A DNA stretch of 63,729 nt, counting the filler, from Ministeria vibrans ATCC 50519 (taxonomy: Eukaryota > Protista > Filasterea): the NCBI GenBank assembly GCA_943704425.1. It is 4 parts of 4 records of this genome, joined end to end, with 100 filler letters (N's around TTAATTAATTAA, not from the genome) between each part and the next. Parts side by side here need not be neighbours in the genome. Positions count along the whole stretch, not along the records: positions 1 to 14,809 come from CALSCP010002083.1; 3 more parts are not named here. One strand, given 5' to 3'. Position 1 is the stretch's first letter. The number at the start of each line of letters is the position of its first letter. Shown piece after piece: positions 1 through 13,436 of this stretch. The translations under genes were made by a program, and so were the position numbers. The notes under the pieces were generated by a model. That model was not told where the DNA came from and searched no databases. It saw nothing but the letters and a program-made list of their open reading frames with translations.

Positions 1-866
1 GGGGGGGGGGGGGGAGGAGGAGGGGAAGGCAGCGACACCGCACACGAGCCATCGCAGTCAGCCTCGAATGCGTCCACCGTAGAAGCCGATGTGGCGAACG
101 TGGCACTCGAACCGGTTAAGGGCGGGAAGCGACTTTGTGAGCGTTGGCTCGATGGTCTCTTTATGGCTCTCTACGAAGTACCACTGTGCTTGTTGAAACA
201 AAAAACACACCTAATTCATAATTAAATGTTTTTAGGATCTTCGCGCCTTTCTGGAGATTGCGGCGCAAGTGCAAGAAGCATCGGCGACGGGAATGACGAT
301 TGACCGCACAGTCGGTGACTGGATGCGTCTCGGGGCACTTGCCGAGCGCCTTGGCTACAAAGTACATGACTAGGCCAAATGACACAGTGCACGTGGTGCT
401 GATATGCGATTCGTTGTGTATGTATGTGTGTGTATGTGTGTGTGTGTGTGCCTTTGTGGTGTGTGTCTGTGTGTGCTTAGGAGTCGGCTCTTCTGGCATA
501 CAAGTCGTGTGTGGAACAGTACTCGACGTACCGCGGTTGGTTTAGTCTGATGAAATTGGCTGCGTCGGAGGGGCACATCAATGAGGTGCGTTTGGCGACA
601 CAGCAATGCGGACTGACACACACTCACATGTCCAATTAATGTTAATATAGGCACTGATTTCCATCACGCAGCTCGATACGTACTTTCGCGAAACAACAAG
701 TCTCTCTGAAGCAGCCCAGCGCGGACCACTGCAGAGTGCTGCTGCGCGTCTTGTGCACAAGTACGGGCGCTCTTTCATTGTCGAGCGCCTCACCACCGAC
801 TCGGTCGTCATTCGCAATATGATTGAGTGGACTGTCACTTGGAAGAGCGCCGGATTTGACAGCTGA
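1..866 (+). CDS. ChAPs family (exomer cargo adaptor, Bud7/Bch1/Chs6-like), 3' part; exons <1-177, 236-361, 481-585, 651-866
   Basis: Manual splicing at GT-AG sites gives KRLCERWLDGLFMALYE|DLRAF...DWMRLGALAERLGYK|ESALLAYKSC..., matching the ChAPs C-terminal motif KRLCERWLDNLFMVLYEDLR...WE.LG.LA.RL. Not captured by the ORF track. Confidence 0.85.
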
Positions 867-948
867 ATTTTCAGCATTAGTAGTTCCTCGAGGGGGGGGT
901 TTGATTATGAGTACATTTCGATTTCATTTATTCTAGCACATATTTCGA

Positions 949-2564
949 TCATACATTTCCCTTTATCTCTGGACACGTGCATATGTTCCCGCAGCGAATG
1001 TGATTGTGGTGATGGCGCACAATCTGTTCTGATGACAACTGTGGGAGAGTGAGTGCGTCGGAGCGACACGTGTCGAGAACGTGCCAGCGCTCGTCGTGCC
1101 AGAGGCGCGGCTGTGGCTCGTGTGCCGCCAACCAAATCCCCAGGGAAACATCCTCGCCCTGGTACACATGTAGTCGCTGTGTGCGGTGCTCGTGAGCCAG
1201 CCATGCAAGCAACGACGTGCGTCCAATCAGAGCGTGTCCACCACCAGCGGCAAACGGAGGATACGTGAGACTCGTGTAGTCAGGATCGTGCCATTTACCA
1301 CGAGATTCCACCGCCCAATGTGTACGAAAACGAGCCCACCACACAGAAGAAGAAGAATCTTCATCATCAACAGCAGCAAGTTCCTGCATGATTCCATCCA
1401 CATTGACATAGCAGTCGTCGTCGACCTTAATGACGGCCGTTGCGTCATACTTGTCGTATGCGTGTGCCACCATCGCCAGTGTCTTATGGGGTAGCGCTCG
1501 ATACACATCACTTTGACCATTCATGTCAAGCAGCGTAACGTCTCCGTGTCGTCGCGCCTCCGACTCAAGTCGTGCTTCTTCCACACTGAGTGTCTCTCGC
1601 GCATAGCCCGTCTCAATGACACGTCGCTCTGTCAACACTTGCGCTGTTTCCATTGCACTAATTCCAGCCACCGACGAGACCACTAGCGTTCCGGCTACGA
1701 CAGGAAAACGTCGGTTACCCGCACTGTTGTGTGTCCAATTGCTAGTCAAGGCGCCTCCAACAGCCCCATTCACACGTCCCAAATGATGTGCCAGCGTATC
1801 GCTGAAAGGATCCAGTCGCGAAAACCCGCGGCACTCCAAGTCCACTGTGTCGCCAGGACGCAATCGAATGGGCTCGGTCAAGTTTAGTATTCGCAGTGAG
1901 CCCTCGAGGCGACCAGGTGTCGCTGGGCGAAACACTCGCTCGGCCAATTTCTGTCCCGTTTGGGCATGTTTTAGCACGGCCGTGAGTGGGCCATACAAAC
2001 CGTCTGCACCACTGTCAAACACCGCCAAGGCTTCAACCAACACGCTGGAAATGCATTCAAAGCGCAGCACCACTTTATCATCGTCGGCGCGTCCGTACAC
2101 CCGCGCCGGAACAACGTGTAGCGGCTCCATTGAAAATTCTCCAAAAAACGAAAACTTTCAGTGGACTCTCAAAGAACTCTCAAATAGACAGTGGGAGACT
2201 CACCTGGAACAGGGGCCAAGTTAAACGAATCATTCCACAAACACGAGTATCTGTTGTGTCGGAAGGAGGGTGGCACGGGACAGGGGTGCGTGCCAACGAT
2301 GAAGGAAAGTGACAGGCTGTGATGTTTGCGCCTACGTCAGACATGAGAGACGGGGCTGTTCTCTCCGGCGCTGCACTGTCTGTACCCTTGTTGCATCCAC
2401 GATTGCCGTATTGCCGCTCGCTGTTCGTAGTGGTTTCGAGCCGAAAGGACACCAATGAAGATGTGATGGTTCTCTTCTTGACGATGCCAGATCATACGGT
2501 CAACAGGGAACAATTGAAGCAAGACGGCGAGCACAAGGATGCCGAGAGCCCATCTCAAGGGCAT
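949..2564 (-). CDS. B3GALNT2: UDP-GalNAc:beta-1,3-N-acetylgalactosaminyltransferase 2-like (GT31), about 3 exons
   Basis: N-terminal signal anchor (MPLRWALGILVLAVLLQL), then IGVLSARNHYEQRAAIRQSW and spliced FIVGTHPCPVPPSFRHNRYSC (cf. human [20 protein letters not shown]...FIIGAHGCEVP..REDPYSC). GT31 motifs DVYRALPHK, KVDDDCYVN, GKW, YPPFAAGGG, YQGEDVSLGIW. Confidence 0.85.
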
Positions 2565-2833
2565 GTCAAATGAAAATAATAATAAAGAAAATAAATAGAG
2601 AATCGAGAGACTATTAATATTAAAATTAATTATTAGTATTAAACACACAATAATTTGCACAAGGTCAATATACAGCCCAGAACAACTTTCTAAGTTACAA
2701 AAGACCCTTAACAAACAACAGACTTACAACCATGACCCAATACCTTTAAGAAGATATTCGTTAATCAATAATGAAAAGTATTATAATAAACTACTGGACA
2801 CGTAATGTCAAAATTGTTATGATATTATAATAT

Positions 2834-4138
2834 TCATTTTCGTGTGTTGACAATCTTGTGCCCAATGTCATTCCAAGCAGCACGCGCCAGTGTCATATTC
2901 TGCGTACCGATTTCATCACGAAAGCGTCCACAGGTGGAGCAAGGAAGCCAGTGCCAGGGGGCAATGGCAACAATGCGCTCGTCGGAGTGTGCCCAGTCAT
3001 AAAAGTCGTGTGCGTCGCGCGCGCACATTTGGTCGTAGCACGCAACGTCGCAGTCGCTGTTGTTGTGGCTGCCAAATGAGCCTGGCACAAGCACGCCTAC
3101 CAAATCATTTCGCTTATTTTACAAGTTTGAGGACCACTTTCTCGCGGTGTACCGTGTTGGAAGTTGAGGTCCATTTTGGGAAAGACATACTTCTCGTAGA
3201 AGGATTTGACACTCAGAGCAAAGTTGGGGACTGTTGGATCGGGTGTGACGTGGTACATGTCGATCGAGAACCACGAGAGTGCTGATGAGATGTGCGTGTA
3301 GTTGTGAGCTGGAAGAGAGAGAGAGAGTTTGAGAGAGAGAGAGAGAGAGAGTTTGAGAGAGAGAGAGTTTGAGAGAGAGAGAGAGAGAGTTTGAGTTTGA
3401 GTTTGAGAGAGTTTGAGTTTGAGTTTGAGTTTGAGTTTGAGTTTGAGTTTGAAAGAGAGAGAGAGAAACAAAGTGATAGAGAGAGAGAGAGAGAGAGATG
3501 AGAAAGAAAAGAGAGCGGGGTTGGAGGAGGTTGTTTGTTTGACAGATTGACATACGATGGCCGTAGACGTCGACTCCCGATACCATGGGAGGTGTGGCGC
3601 CGTTTGTCCAAATGATCGCGGACGGAAAACTAGCGCGAACCATTTTAGCAGCAGTGTCAAGCATGGCGGGCTCAAGACCGTTCCAGACGAGCTGAATTTA
3701 TAGAACAGAGACGGGAGTGTCAACAACACACAATAATAGCAATCAAAACAAATAACAATTTATCCTTCGCCGAACCTCGTCGCCCATAAAGAAGCCGAAT
3801 ATTGTATTGTTGGCATAAAGTTGCCTGGCTACAGGCAATTGGCTTTCCCATCGTGCGGCGTAGTCCTCGCGCAGAGTGTACGGGTGTTCAGTCGGCGACA
3901 CAGTCTGCGCAACGAAAAAGACGGCGAGAACGTCCAAGAGAAACCTCGTTCCGTACAGCTGGTTGCTCTCGACAATCACGCCGACATCCGCAATGAATGC
4001 AAAGTTGGTCCAGCCGCCAGAGAAGCCTTTGGCGTCGTACTGCCAGAAACTCATATATTCAAGCTCAACACCACTCACGGGCGCCAGGAGGCATCCTAGC
4101 GCTCCAACAGCCACCATTGTTGCAGCAAGTCTAAGCAT
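2834..4138 (-). CDS. Secreted uncharacterised protein, possible glycoside-hydrolase-like TIM barrel (about 4 exons)
   Basis: Signal peptide MLRLAATMVAVGALGCLLAPVSG. Spliced motifs IFGFFMGDE|LVWNG, IIWTNG, WFSIDMY, VLVPGSF, IVAIAPWHW resemble beta-strand ends of clan-A GH barrels. Family not identified. Confidence 0.6.
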
Positions 4139-4292
4139 TGCCAACAAAGAAACTAACAATAATGAGATACTGAGATAGTAGTTGACTAAATTGCGTGTTG
4201 ATCAATAGGCTGACTTCACTCACGCTTCTGATGTTCTCTCATCCGACTTCTCTCTCACTCTTTTTGATTTTTGAGATAATAGGCTTGGCACC

Positions 4293-7200
4293 ATGTCCAC
4301 CGACAGCGATGGAGTGCCGCAGCTGCACCGAAGCGTCGACCCTGAGCGGCCCGTCGAGCATACGCCTCAAGCGGATTTTGAATTTGCGAGTTCAACGAGC
4401 GACGAAGTAAAACACACTTCTGGGCTCACTCCAGCACTAACATTCACTACGAACGTACCCCGTAGGTGATGGTACCCCCGTCAATTGAAAAGCGGCACCG
4501 CAAAGTCCTTCGTGTGCTCCAAATGAAGGATGAAGAGATCGCAGCGCTTTTGAAAATGGTCTCACAGCTGCAGCAGACGGCGAGCGACGAGGAGACGCGC
4601 CGTGTCGCTGCAGACAAACGAGTACGCGTGGAAGAGACCCGGGCGGAACGAATGGAGTCGCAGTTGCGCAGCGTCCAAGTGCAGTTTGAGCGGCTGTGCG
4701 GTGTGGACGAGCAGCGTCAGCGGGAGCGCGAGCACGACCGCCAGCGCGCCGACACACTTGCAGCCGAGCTTGTACAGGTCCATGCCAGTTGCGACGAGGC
4801 TGTGGCCGCTGTGGAGCGCCATCGCGGCGCTGCGACACGAGCTCAGACGGCGTTGCGTGAGACCGAACAGCAATTGGGCAATTGGCGTCAGCGCGTGAAC
4901 GAGTGTGATGCTGCACAGCAAGCTCACACAGCTCTTGTTGCGCGTCTTCAAAGTCAAGTCCAGACGCTAGAAGAGCGTGCAGTACACGCCGAGGGTGTTG
5001 CAGAGGCGCGCCAAGAGGAGCTCGACGAGTGGCAGAGGCGCTGGAAGTCAATGCGCAGTGCGGTGGAGCGCGATGTGGCCGAAAGCAGTGGGTCGATTGA
5101 GCGTCTGCGCGCTCAGCTGAAACAATCAAAAACGGCACATGAGCGTGTTTTAAAGAGCGAACAAAGTTTACGCGAGCAGCTGCAGCGGACTAAGGAGAAG
5201 GCACAGGCAGAGTGCGCTGAAGCCGTGCGACAACACAATGAGACCCTCGCGCGTCTCGAGGAGGCGCATCGGACGTCGAACGAGGCACGTGAACGACAGC
5301 GCAGCGAAAACCGCGTTGACGTCGACACGCAAGTGACACCGACGCTTATTACCGAGTCGATTGCCGTCGGCACTGCAATCCCTGAGGTGTCCTTTGACAC
5401 GGAAGAGGGTTGTTTGCCGCTTCGCACGCCCCATGAGCTCTCCTGGTTGGTTGTGCATCGATTGCGTGAGCGAGTGTGGGTGGCAGAGCGTAGTGCAGAC
5501 GTATGGCGAATGCGGTTGCTTGCTTGTGACACGCGTGAGCAAACGCGTGGACACGAGAGCTCACAACAATTGGACACCGTGAGTCGTCGCTATGAGGAGC
5601 AGCTCAAGGGACTGCGTGCTCGCGTGGCCGTGGCGGAGCGGTGTCGCGCCACGGCCGAAATGCAGTTGGTGGATGCACGAGAGCAGAGCAGACGAAGGAG
5701 CGAGCAATTGGAGGCGGAGCAGAGGCGCACCGTCGCTCTGGTGGCACAGGAACGAGTGCGGGTGGAGAGATTGCGGGCAAGACTCAGGGCCGCATTGGGT
5801 CTCACCGTCGACGAGATCGAAGAGGAGCAAGAGGCAGAAGAAGAAGGAGCAGCAGAAGATACAACAACAACGACGACAACGACAATGTTGGACCGACGAG
5901 TGCACGAACTGGAGACACAATTGCGAAGTGCACAGCGAGACACGTCAGAGTCTGCGAGTGCCGCAGATGCACTGGCGCGCGAGTGTGATCGGCTGCGCGA
6001 CGAAATGGCGGTGGTGGCAGAGGCAGCTCGGGAACGGGAACGAGCGGAGGCGTCACGTCGTGATGAAGAAGAAGTGCAGCGCGAGAGAGACCTGGCACAG
6101 TTGCGAGAGTCGTCGACAGGACTTGGGTCGCGCCTTGAGAAGCTTTTTGAGTCGCTAGTGTCGCGCTCACGCGCTCTCTACGAGATCTTTGAGCGGTACT
6201 TGGGTGTCGTGAAGGAACCCGAGACGCATCGAGCACACGGTGAGCTGTCGCGCATGCTCTGTGAGCTCCGTGACACTGTGGTGAGCGGAGATCGCACAGT
6301 GGTGTTGCTTGTGCCTGAACTTGCTGCGACACGGTGGGAGGCGCGTCGCTGGCGCACAGTGGCACGTGCACAGCGTCGCTTTGCCTTTGAGCAACTGCAG
6401 TTGCGTCTCACAGCCGAAGCGCGTGCAGTCTGGATGGAAAAGCGACTTGCCAGTGATCAACACCGTCAAGATGCTTTCTTGTCTGCGCTTGCATCCGCTC
6501 GTCTGTCGGCTGTCGAGCGAATGCGCATTCAACGCGACGAAGCGCTTGCTCTGGCTGTAGACTGTGAGCGCACGGCAGCGAGGTTGCGAAGTGAACTGCG
6601 TGATGTGCACTGTGAGCTGGTTGGGCGTAGCTCTGATGGCAGCAATGTGGCAGTGGGCCCGCAGTTGCGGCGACTGTTGCTTGACGAGACACCAGCGACA
6701 AGCGATCATGCCAGTGCGGAGAGTCGTCCCGCCGAAGTGTTGCTGGAGCAGCTCCAGCATGTCGAACGCGAACTTGAATTGGCCGTTGAAGCACAGTGTG
6801 AGACAACGGCGACAAAGAATGCGTTGGTCAACGACACAGACGCACCCTCGACACCACTTGTGCTGCCGCGTGTGCTGCCGCGACGAGATTTTCTTGACAG
6901 CGACGACGATGATCCCGAGTGGGAGCGCGACTATGGCGCAGCACGAGGCTACCACCCACCGAGACGGTCGCCCGGTGGAGGCACTGCGAGTCGAGTGGAG
7001 GCAGAGGAGCTGTTGCGTAGTGAGGCAGTTGCTGAGCGAGTGACGCGTGAGGTGGAAGAAGTGCGTGCCGAGGCAGCGCGTGAGATAGAGCAGGTGCGCA
7101 TGGAGGCTCACGAACGCATTGCCGAGCACGATCGACGCGCAAGTGCCGCCGATGATCGTGTGCGTGCCCTCTCACACACCGAGCACCGACTGTTGGCTGT

Positions 7201-9967
7201 GGCGGCGGAGCGCGAAGGTGAACGAGCGCGACTGGCTGTCGAAGTAGATCAGGAGCGAGCGCGCGTAAGCGCTCTTCGTGGCGCTCTGCATGACATTGTT
7301 GACCGGGCGCTGCCATCGACTGCAACAATGGGAACGAATGGAGCTTCGGGTGGGCTCTCACGTGAAGTGCTGATGAAACTGTACGTACGAGCTCGACTGC
7401 AACACGCTCAGAGTGAAACGAAAGACAAGAAGGGCCATGGGGCGAGCAAGGGCGAATTGCGTCGTCTGCTCGAGGAGCTTGACACGGCCCAGCGTGTGAT
7501 TGCTGTTCAGCGAGCGCACTTGGATGCACTTGCGGTGGGCAGCACTGAGAGAGAAGCAGGGCACGCTACAAAGCTCGCTGGAGGAAAACATTGTGCTCGC
7601 TCTGATCCAGTCGCGCGCGTTACCGAACAGACTCGAGTTGTGCAGTTGCGTGCGCAGTTGCGACTGAAGAACGACCGCATTGATCAGCTGGTGGCCAGTC
7701 AACGTGAACTGGTGCGTGTACTCAAGATGAAACAGGACGCAGGTAACGTTGACTACGGGCAGGAAGCGCAAATTGCGATACAGTTGGCGGATAGAGCGGA
7801 AATGGAGCGACACCTTGAAGGGCGTCCCCTGCCTCAGAGTGAGAAAGAAGATCCCGAATTGGACGATGATAATGTACGGGCAATGGCACGCCAGTTGGCC
7901 GTCGCACAGACTGAGCTAAAGCGTATGAGTGACGAACGAGATGCGCTGGAGCGCGAGTTGCGTGCGCGATGTCACGACGAGTCGTTTGCTGTGCGTGAAG
8001 TGATGGCTGCGGCGGAGCAGACAACGCGTCAGACTGTATTGGCGATGGAACGCGAACGAGAGCAAGAACGCGAGAAAGCATTGAACGAGGTGGAGCTGTC
8101 TCGTGCGGATGCGATGCAGGCGCGACAAGAAGCCAATGAATTGCGAGCGATGGTGCAAGCGGAGCAAACAGAGCAGGCGCAGGAGGATGCGCGTCGTCGC
8201 AGGGAAGAGCAGGTACAAGAGGCACAAATGCAACGTGAGCGACTTACCGAAATGGAAGTGTGTCTTGGGCAGACGCACGTTAAAATTGAGGAGGACGAGG
8301 ACGAGGAAAAGGAGAAGGAAAAAGAAGAAGAGAAGGAAGGCGATGGGGCGGTTGCGAGGGAGCAAATACTTCGACAAGAAGAGACGAGTCTGCTGGCGCG
8401 TGTTGTCATGGTAGAGGACGATGAGGAAACAATCTTGACTGACGCGAGTGTTTGTCAAATGGACATGCGCTCACTGCCAGAGTGTGCGATGAGTGTGGCT
8501 TCCAGTCAAGGATCGCAAGAGCAACACGAACATTTATTGCGCACCTTTGATCAAGCACTGAGCCACATTTCGGACCGTCTCAGTGATTTCCAGCATGGGC
8601 AATTGCCCGAGTCGGACAGTGGGTCGTCATGTTCTGTAAGTGAAGGGGGGATCATCTCGCCAACGCTGCGGTCGTTGACTGAGCAGTTGGATGCGATTGG
8701 TCGGGACATGAAGATTGGTACGTCCACTTCTGGTTCCACTTCTGGTTGCGTGAGTGACACGTCGAGCGAGTGTGCGTCGACGTGTACTCTGGTGGACACT
8801 GTGTCACAGGTGAGTGCCACCATTGGACGCCTTGAACGGGGTGTTGTGGGCATGGTGGAGGCGCAAGAGCGGGCTCGGGTGGCGCAACAGGAGCACGAGC
8901 GGGTTCAGCGACGGGTGATGGAGCTCGAGGCGGAGCTGATGACGGTACGTGGCGATTTGCACGAGGAAGTGGCAGCTCGTGAGAAAATTGTGGGACAGCT
9001 GCGACGCGCGCAGCACGAAATGGGAGCACGCCAGACGCAGCTGAGAGAGGCGCACAGGCAGTTGGGTGAAGCGGAACGAGAGCGAGATGCAGCACGCAAG
9101 GTGGGAGAGGAGCAAGCACAGGCACTGAAGCAGACACAACGGAATTTACAGCGCAAGGAGAAAGAATGGGAAACACAACGGCGGGAGATGCGTGAGCGAG
9201 AGTCGACTGAACGCGAGGCAACGGAACGGATACAAAGTGAGATGGCCAAGCTCAAGGGGCGTGTGCGTGAGCTTAGCGCCGAAGCAAAGCGAAAGGAGTT
9301 GCTTGCCTCGGGGCTGCGTGAGAGTCGTGATGCGGGAGTGACGGAAGTGAAGCGACTGGAAGAGACGCTGTGCAAGTGCCAACGACTGCTTGAGTCGACG
9401 CGTGCCGAGTTGCGACGGAGCAGTGTTCGTGTGAGTGCTCTTGAGACGCAGAATGAGCAGCTGCGCGAAGAGCAGAGGATGAATGAGCGCGAGTGGCAGG
9501 AACGGGAGAGTGAGAGGGCGCGTGTGTGCGAGAAAGACAAGGCGAGGCTGTGCGAGGAGCAGCAGGTGCTTGCGGGTGAACTCGCGCGTGAGCGAGTGCA
9601 TGTGATGCACTTGCAGCGGGTGATTGTGTCGGTGGCGGCGCTGCTGGACGAGCGTCGTCGGAGTCGGTGTCGCACTGTAGCGACACCAGAGACATCTGTG
9701 CTCTCGAGTGGGAGCAGTGAAGGGGAGGAGGAAGAAGAGGACGCAGAGAACAACGAGGAGGCGCGTGTGATGCTGAACCTGTCGCCCGATGAGTTTGCAC
9801 TGTTCATGGCGGATGCAAAGCAACAGCATTCAAAGCAACAGCAGAGCGCGGAAGAGAGGGGAGCGAGTGAGTGGAGTGCATGGGCGGCAAGCTTGACAGG
9901 CGAAGTACACGACTGTGCGCGAGCAGCACAGGAGCTTATTGCCGGAATCACTCAACTCATTGTATAA
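4293..9967 (+). CDS. Giant coiled-coil protein (~1870 aa), possibly centlein-like centrosomal protein
   Basis: 1833-aa open exon rich in E/R/A/Q heptads, plus an in-frame first exon 4293-4406. QADFEF...RKVLRVLQMKDEEI resembles the centlein N-terminus as recalled (QADKEF...RKVLEILQVKDAKI). The CDS is confident; the orthology is tentative. Confidence 0.7.
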
Positions 9968-10047
9968 AGCGAAAATTGTAAGGAAGGGGATTGTACAAAA
10001 TAATGAAAAATAAAGAGAGAGAGTGTGTGTGTGTGTGAGTGTGTGTT

Positions 10048-11805
10048 TCAGGTGAGATGACCAAGTTGGAAGACGTAAGAGACGTCGAGAGGGCGATCGA
10101 GAGCCTGGGGGAGAGTGGAGTCGTCCTCGTCGGTGATGACGCGCATGAGGGTCGCATTGAGGGCCAAACGGGCGGGTCCTGTCGCACGCAATGGCTGCAC
10201 GTGCAGTTGGAATGTGATGGAGTTTTCAAAGCGCGCGACGATGAGATCCGATTGGGGCAGTGCGTCGGATTCGTCGTCGCTCAATGAGTAGTCGCCCAAA
10301 GGGACAAATGCTGACAGAACAAACGAAGAGGGAGCGTCAACCAGCTAAAAGTAGGAGAGGAGAGGAGAGAGAGAGAGTGTGGGTAAGAGTGAGAGCAGAG
10401 TTGAGAGAGTGGTACTTTGAGGGTTGAGTCTGAGTTTGGGCGTTCTTCCAGGGTGACGCGCACATCGTCTTCGGCGTGGTTGCGCATAATGACAAGTACA
10501 GTGCTCTCTTGGCCATAGCGCAGGTCGGGCAGGGGCGAGATGAATCGCGCAAGAGGAACGTATTGCCTATATAGAGACGAGAGTCAGAAGAGGCTCAATT
10601 GAACTGTTGAGGGCGTACCAAGCAACGTGGTGAAATTTGAAGCCGATGACCGAGGGAGAGATGTGGGGTTTGATGAGATTTGTTCGGCACTTTGGACACA
10701 GTTTGGTCAGTTTGCAAGTGAGAGGAGTGTGGGTGGGAAAGAGATTTCTAAACACACAACGGAGAGAAGCAAACAAGTGAGTCACGTGAAGTGAATGTAT
10801 CAAAGGGGATTGATACGAGGCGGAGTGTGGCTGAGCAAGAGGGTTAATGAACCGTTGTTCAAGACTGGTCACTATTGAGGGAAAAATGAGAGCGAGAGCA
10901 ATGTGGTGTGAGTTTGATAGACTATAAAGACCAGTCGTTGTACCATCTGTGAGAGACTGTGGAGGATCGCGGGCAATAAGGGGCTGTGAGGAGGACGACG
11001 GAGCGTTGATTTTGGTATCGATGCTGCTGGCAGCGTCCGAGTCCATGTCGCACTGTGCCGCGTCGTCGCCTTCTGCAGGTTTCAGCTGAGGTGTCTTGTT
11101 TTTGGTGTTCTTGTTGTTGTTGGGTGTGTTGTCGTCCTCCACGGGTACTGCTGGTGCTCGTGGTGAGGTAGGGGATTCGACTGTGGTCGACTTGAGGAGA
11201 GGTGCGGTGACGTGAGCGGGCGTGATGCGTCGCCGGTGCAGCAGAAGAGCTCTGTGTCGATCCGCCTGAGAGGAAAAAGTGGTGTGTGTATGATGTATCT
11301 CTTTTCTTCCTCTGCATGGACGGGGGGTGTCTGGCACAAAGTACGGCGTGAAGCAAGCGCGCGGTCGGTTTGGACTGGGCGCCAAAATGGTACGTNNNNN
11401 NNNNNNNNNNNNNNNNNNNNNNNNNNNNNNNNNNNNNNNNNNNNNNNNNNNNNNNNNNNNNNNNNNNNNNNNNNNNNNNNNNNNNNNNNNNNNNNNGGGA
11501 GACGGGGTGGCGTCGCAGGGAGGGAAGGGGAGGGAGGGGGGGCACTGTCGACGCACAAAGAGAGCGCGTCAGAGGGAGGGGAAGGCGAGAATGCTTCAAC
11601 GAGTTGTGTGTGCGTCCAACCTCATATTGTAGACGGCAGCATCGGCAAAGGGCATTTGTTCAAGACAGCTGGGGCAGTAGTAGGACTCTAAGATGTCGGC
11701 AACGCACGAGCGGCAGCGCGTTGTTGAGCATTTTTCGCAATAGTACGTCCACTCGAGCGGCTCACGCGCCGCGCACGAGCATTCAATGTTGATCGAGGCT
11801 GCCAT
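10048..11805 (-). CDS. DCTN4: Dynactin subunit 4 (p62), multi-exon, interrupted by an N gap
   Basis: N-terminal YYCEKCSTTRCRSCVADILESYYCPSCLEQMPFADA; later TSLEQR...QP and LFPTHTPLTCKLTKLCPKCRTNLIKPHISPSVIGFK, matching p62 motifs. Confidence 0.85.
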
Positions 11806-12036
11806 GGCGACGAAGCAAGTTCGCCAATCAGAATAGCAAAGCAAGCTGTAGTAACTAGTAAGTGAATTTTTTTGTCTGATCACACTGATGTTAAATGTAA
11901 AATAGTCATAGAGCGATTTCGCTTATCGTTATAAGTTATTCAAAAAATCAACAATAATGAAAAATCATTATTATTCATCCATTTGATATCCCTTTCCTGT
12001 TCTTAGTGCGACACATACCCGTGCTCTTGAATACCA

Positions 12037-12727
12037 ATGGATGTGTCTGATCAGAAGGGCGGGTTTGGCGAGGAAGGCAATGCCAACGTTGAAGTGCCAC
12101 TGCAAGTCGACGCTGCAAGGTAGGGCGCGCTTCTTTCTCGGTCTGCCAGTTGTTGTAGTGCTGCGCTGTGTTTGGCATGGTCGGCGCGTCAATTGCGTAC
12201 ACAAAACCGATGTTATTGCGTGATGTGTGAAACTGGTGCAACTTTTGCACTGTTGTGACTCGTTGGCGCACGACGCGATCGCATTGGCTGAAATTGGGCG
12301 CAGACAACTTGGGAATTTGGTGGATCTCATCGACCACAGCCGCAGAATGCTTGATATCGTTGTGAGAGTGTCGTTGTGGAGACGCGAAATTGTCAATGGG
12401 CGCCGCTATGTTGCAGGGGCGAACCACAGCTCAAGGACGCACGTGGGGCTGATGCTGTGCTTGCCAATGGTGAGCTGGTGGGGTTGTCACCGTGTACGCG
12501 GGGTGGCTGAGTGTGTAACCTCACATGATTTGTGTTTGGATGAGAGATCACTTTCCTGATTATTTTTATTGCATTATATTTGAGCTAATCGATAATCGAC
12601 TACACACACAGCTCAGATTACCTTGTGTAGACTCCTCAACAGCGACACTCTCTCATTTGACGGCGATGAAGAGCTCGGCGGCGAAAAACTCAATATGCAA
12701 ACACGAAACGAAGACGTAACAAAGTTC

Positions 12728-12791
<64 letters not shown>

Positions 12792-13405
12792 ATCACTCAC
12801 ACTTTTTCTTTCGTGCATGTACTAATAGAGCGCCGATGACGCAGCAGACCACATTGTGCAGTCTGTCGACCCGAGTGCCGAAAGCGGAATTCTTCCGACG
12901 GCCTTCAATTTTGCCAATTCGATTATTGGCGCAGGAATCATTGGGTTGCCGTATGCACTGGAAGAAAGCGGCTTTGGTCTGGGGCTCATTCTCATTATTG
13001 TATTGGGGATTGTGGTTGACTGGTAGCAATCAGAATATGTTCTGTATGGGCACAACTGAGTATGTGTATGTGTGTCTGTGTGTGTTAGGAGTGTGAATCT
13101 TTTGGTGCGCAATGGGAAAATATGCGGACGCGACACTTATCAGAGTGTTGTCCAGCACTGCTTTGGCAAATGGGGGTTCTACTTTATTTCTCTCTGTCAG
13201 TTTCTCTTTGCATTTGGAGGTATTTTACAAAACGAACCCAAAGAAGAAACTGTGTCACTTGATGTTGTTTTTTTGTGCTGTTTTTTTCTAGCAATGTGTG
13301 CTTATTTGGTGATTGTGGGACAGACCATTACTCCAGTGATGGTCAACTTTACCTCAGAGGGTTCGCGTAGGCAGAAAAAAAAAAGCTTTTCACTTCATAT
13401 ATTCC

Positions 13406-13436
<31 letters not shown>

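Noticed and set aside
578-877. Minus-strand 99-aa ORF
   Set aside because: Antisense to the last ChAPs exon
11971-12559. ORFs on both strands overlapping the first intron of the amino acid transporter
   Set aside because: No motifs; cannot support a nested gene
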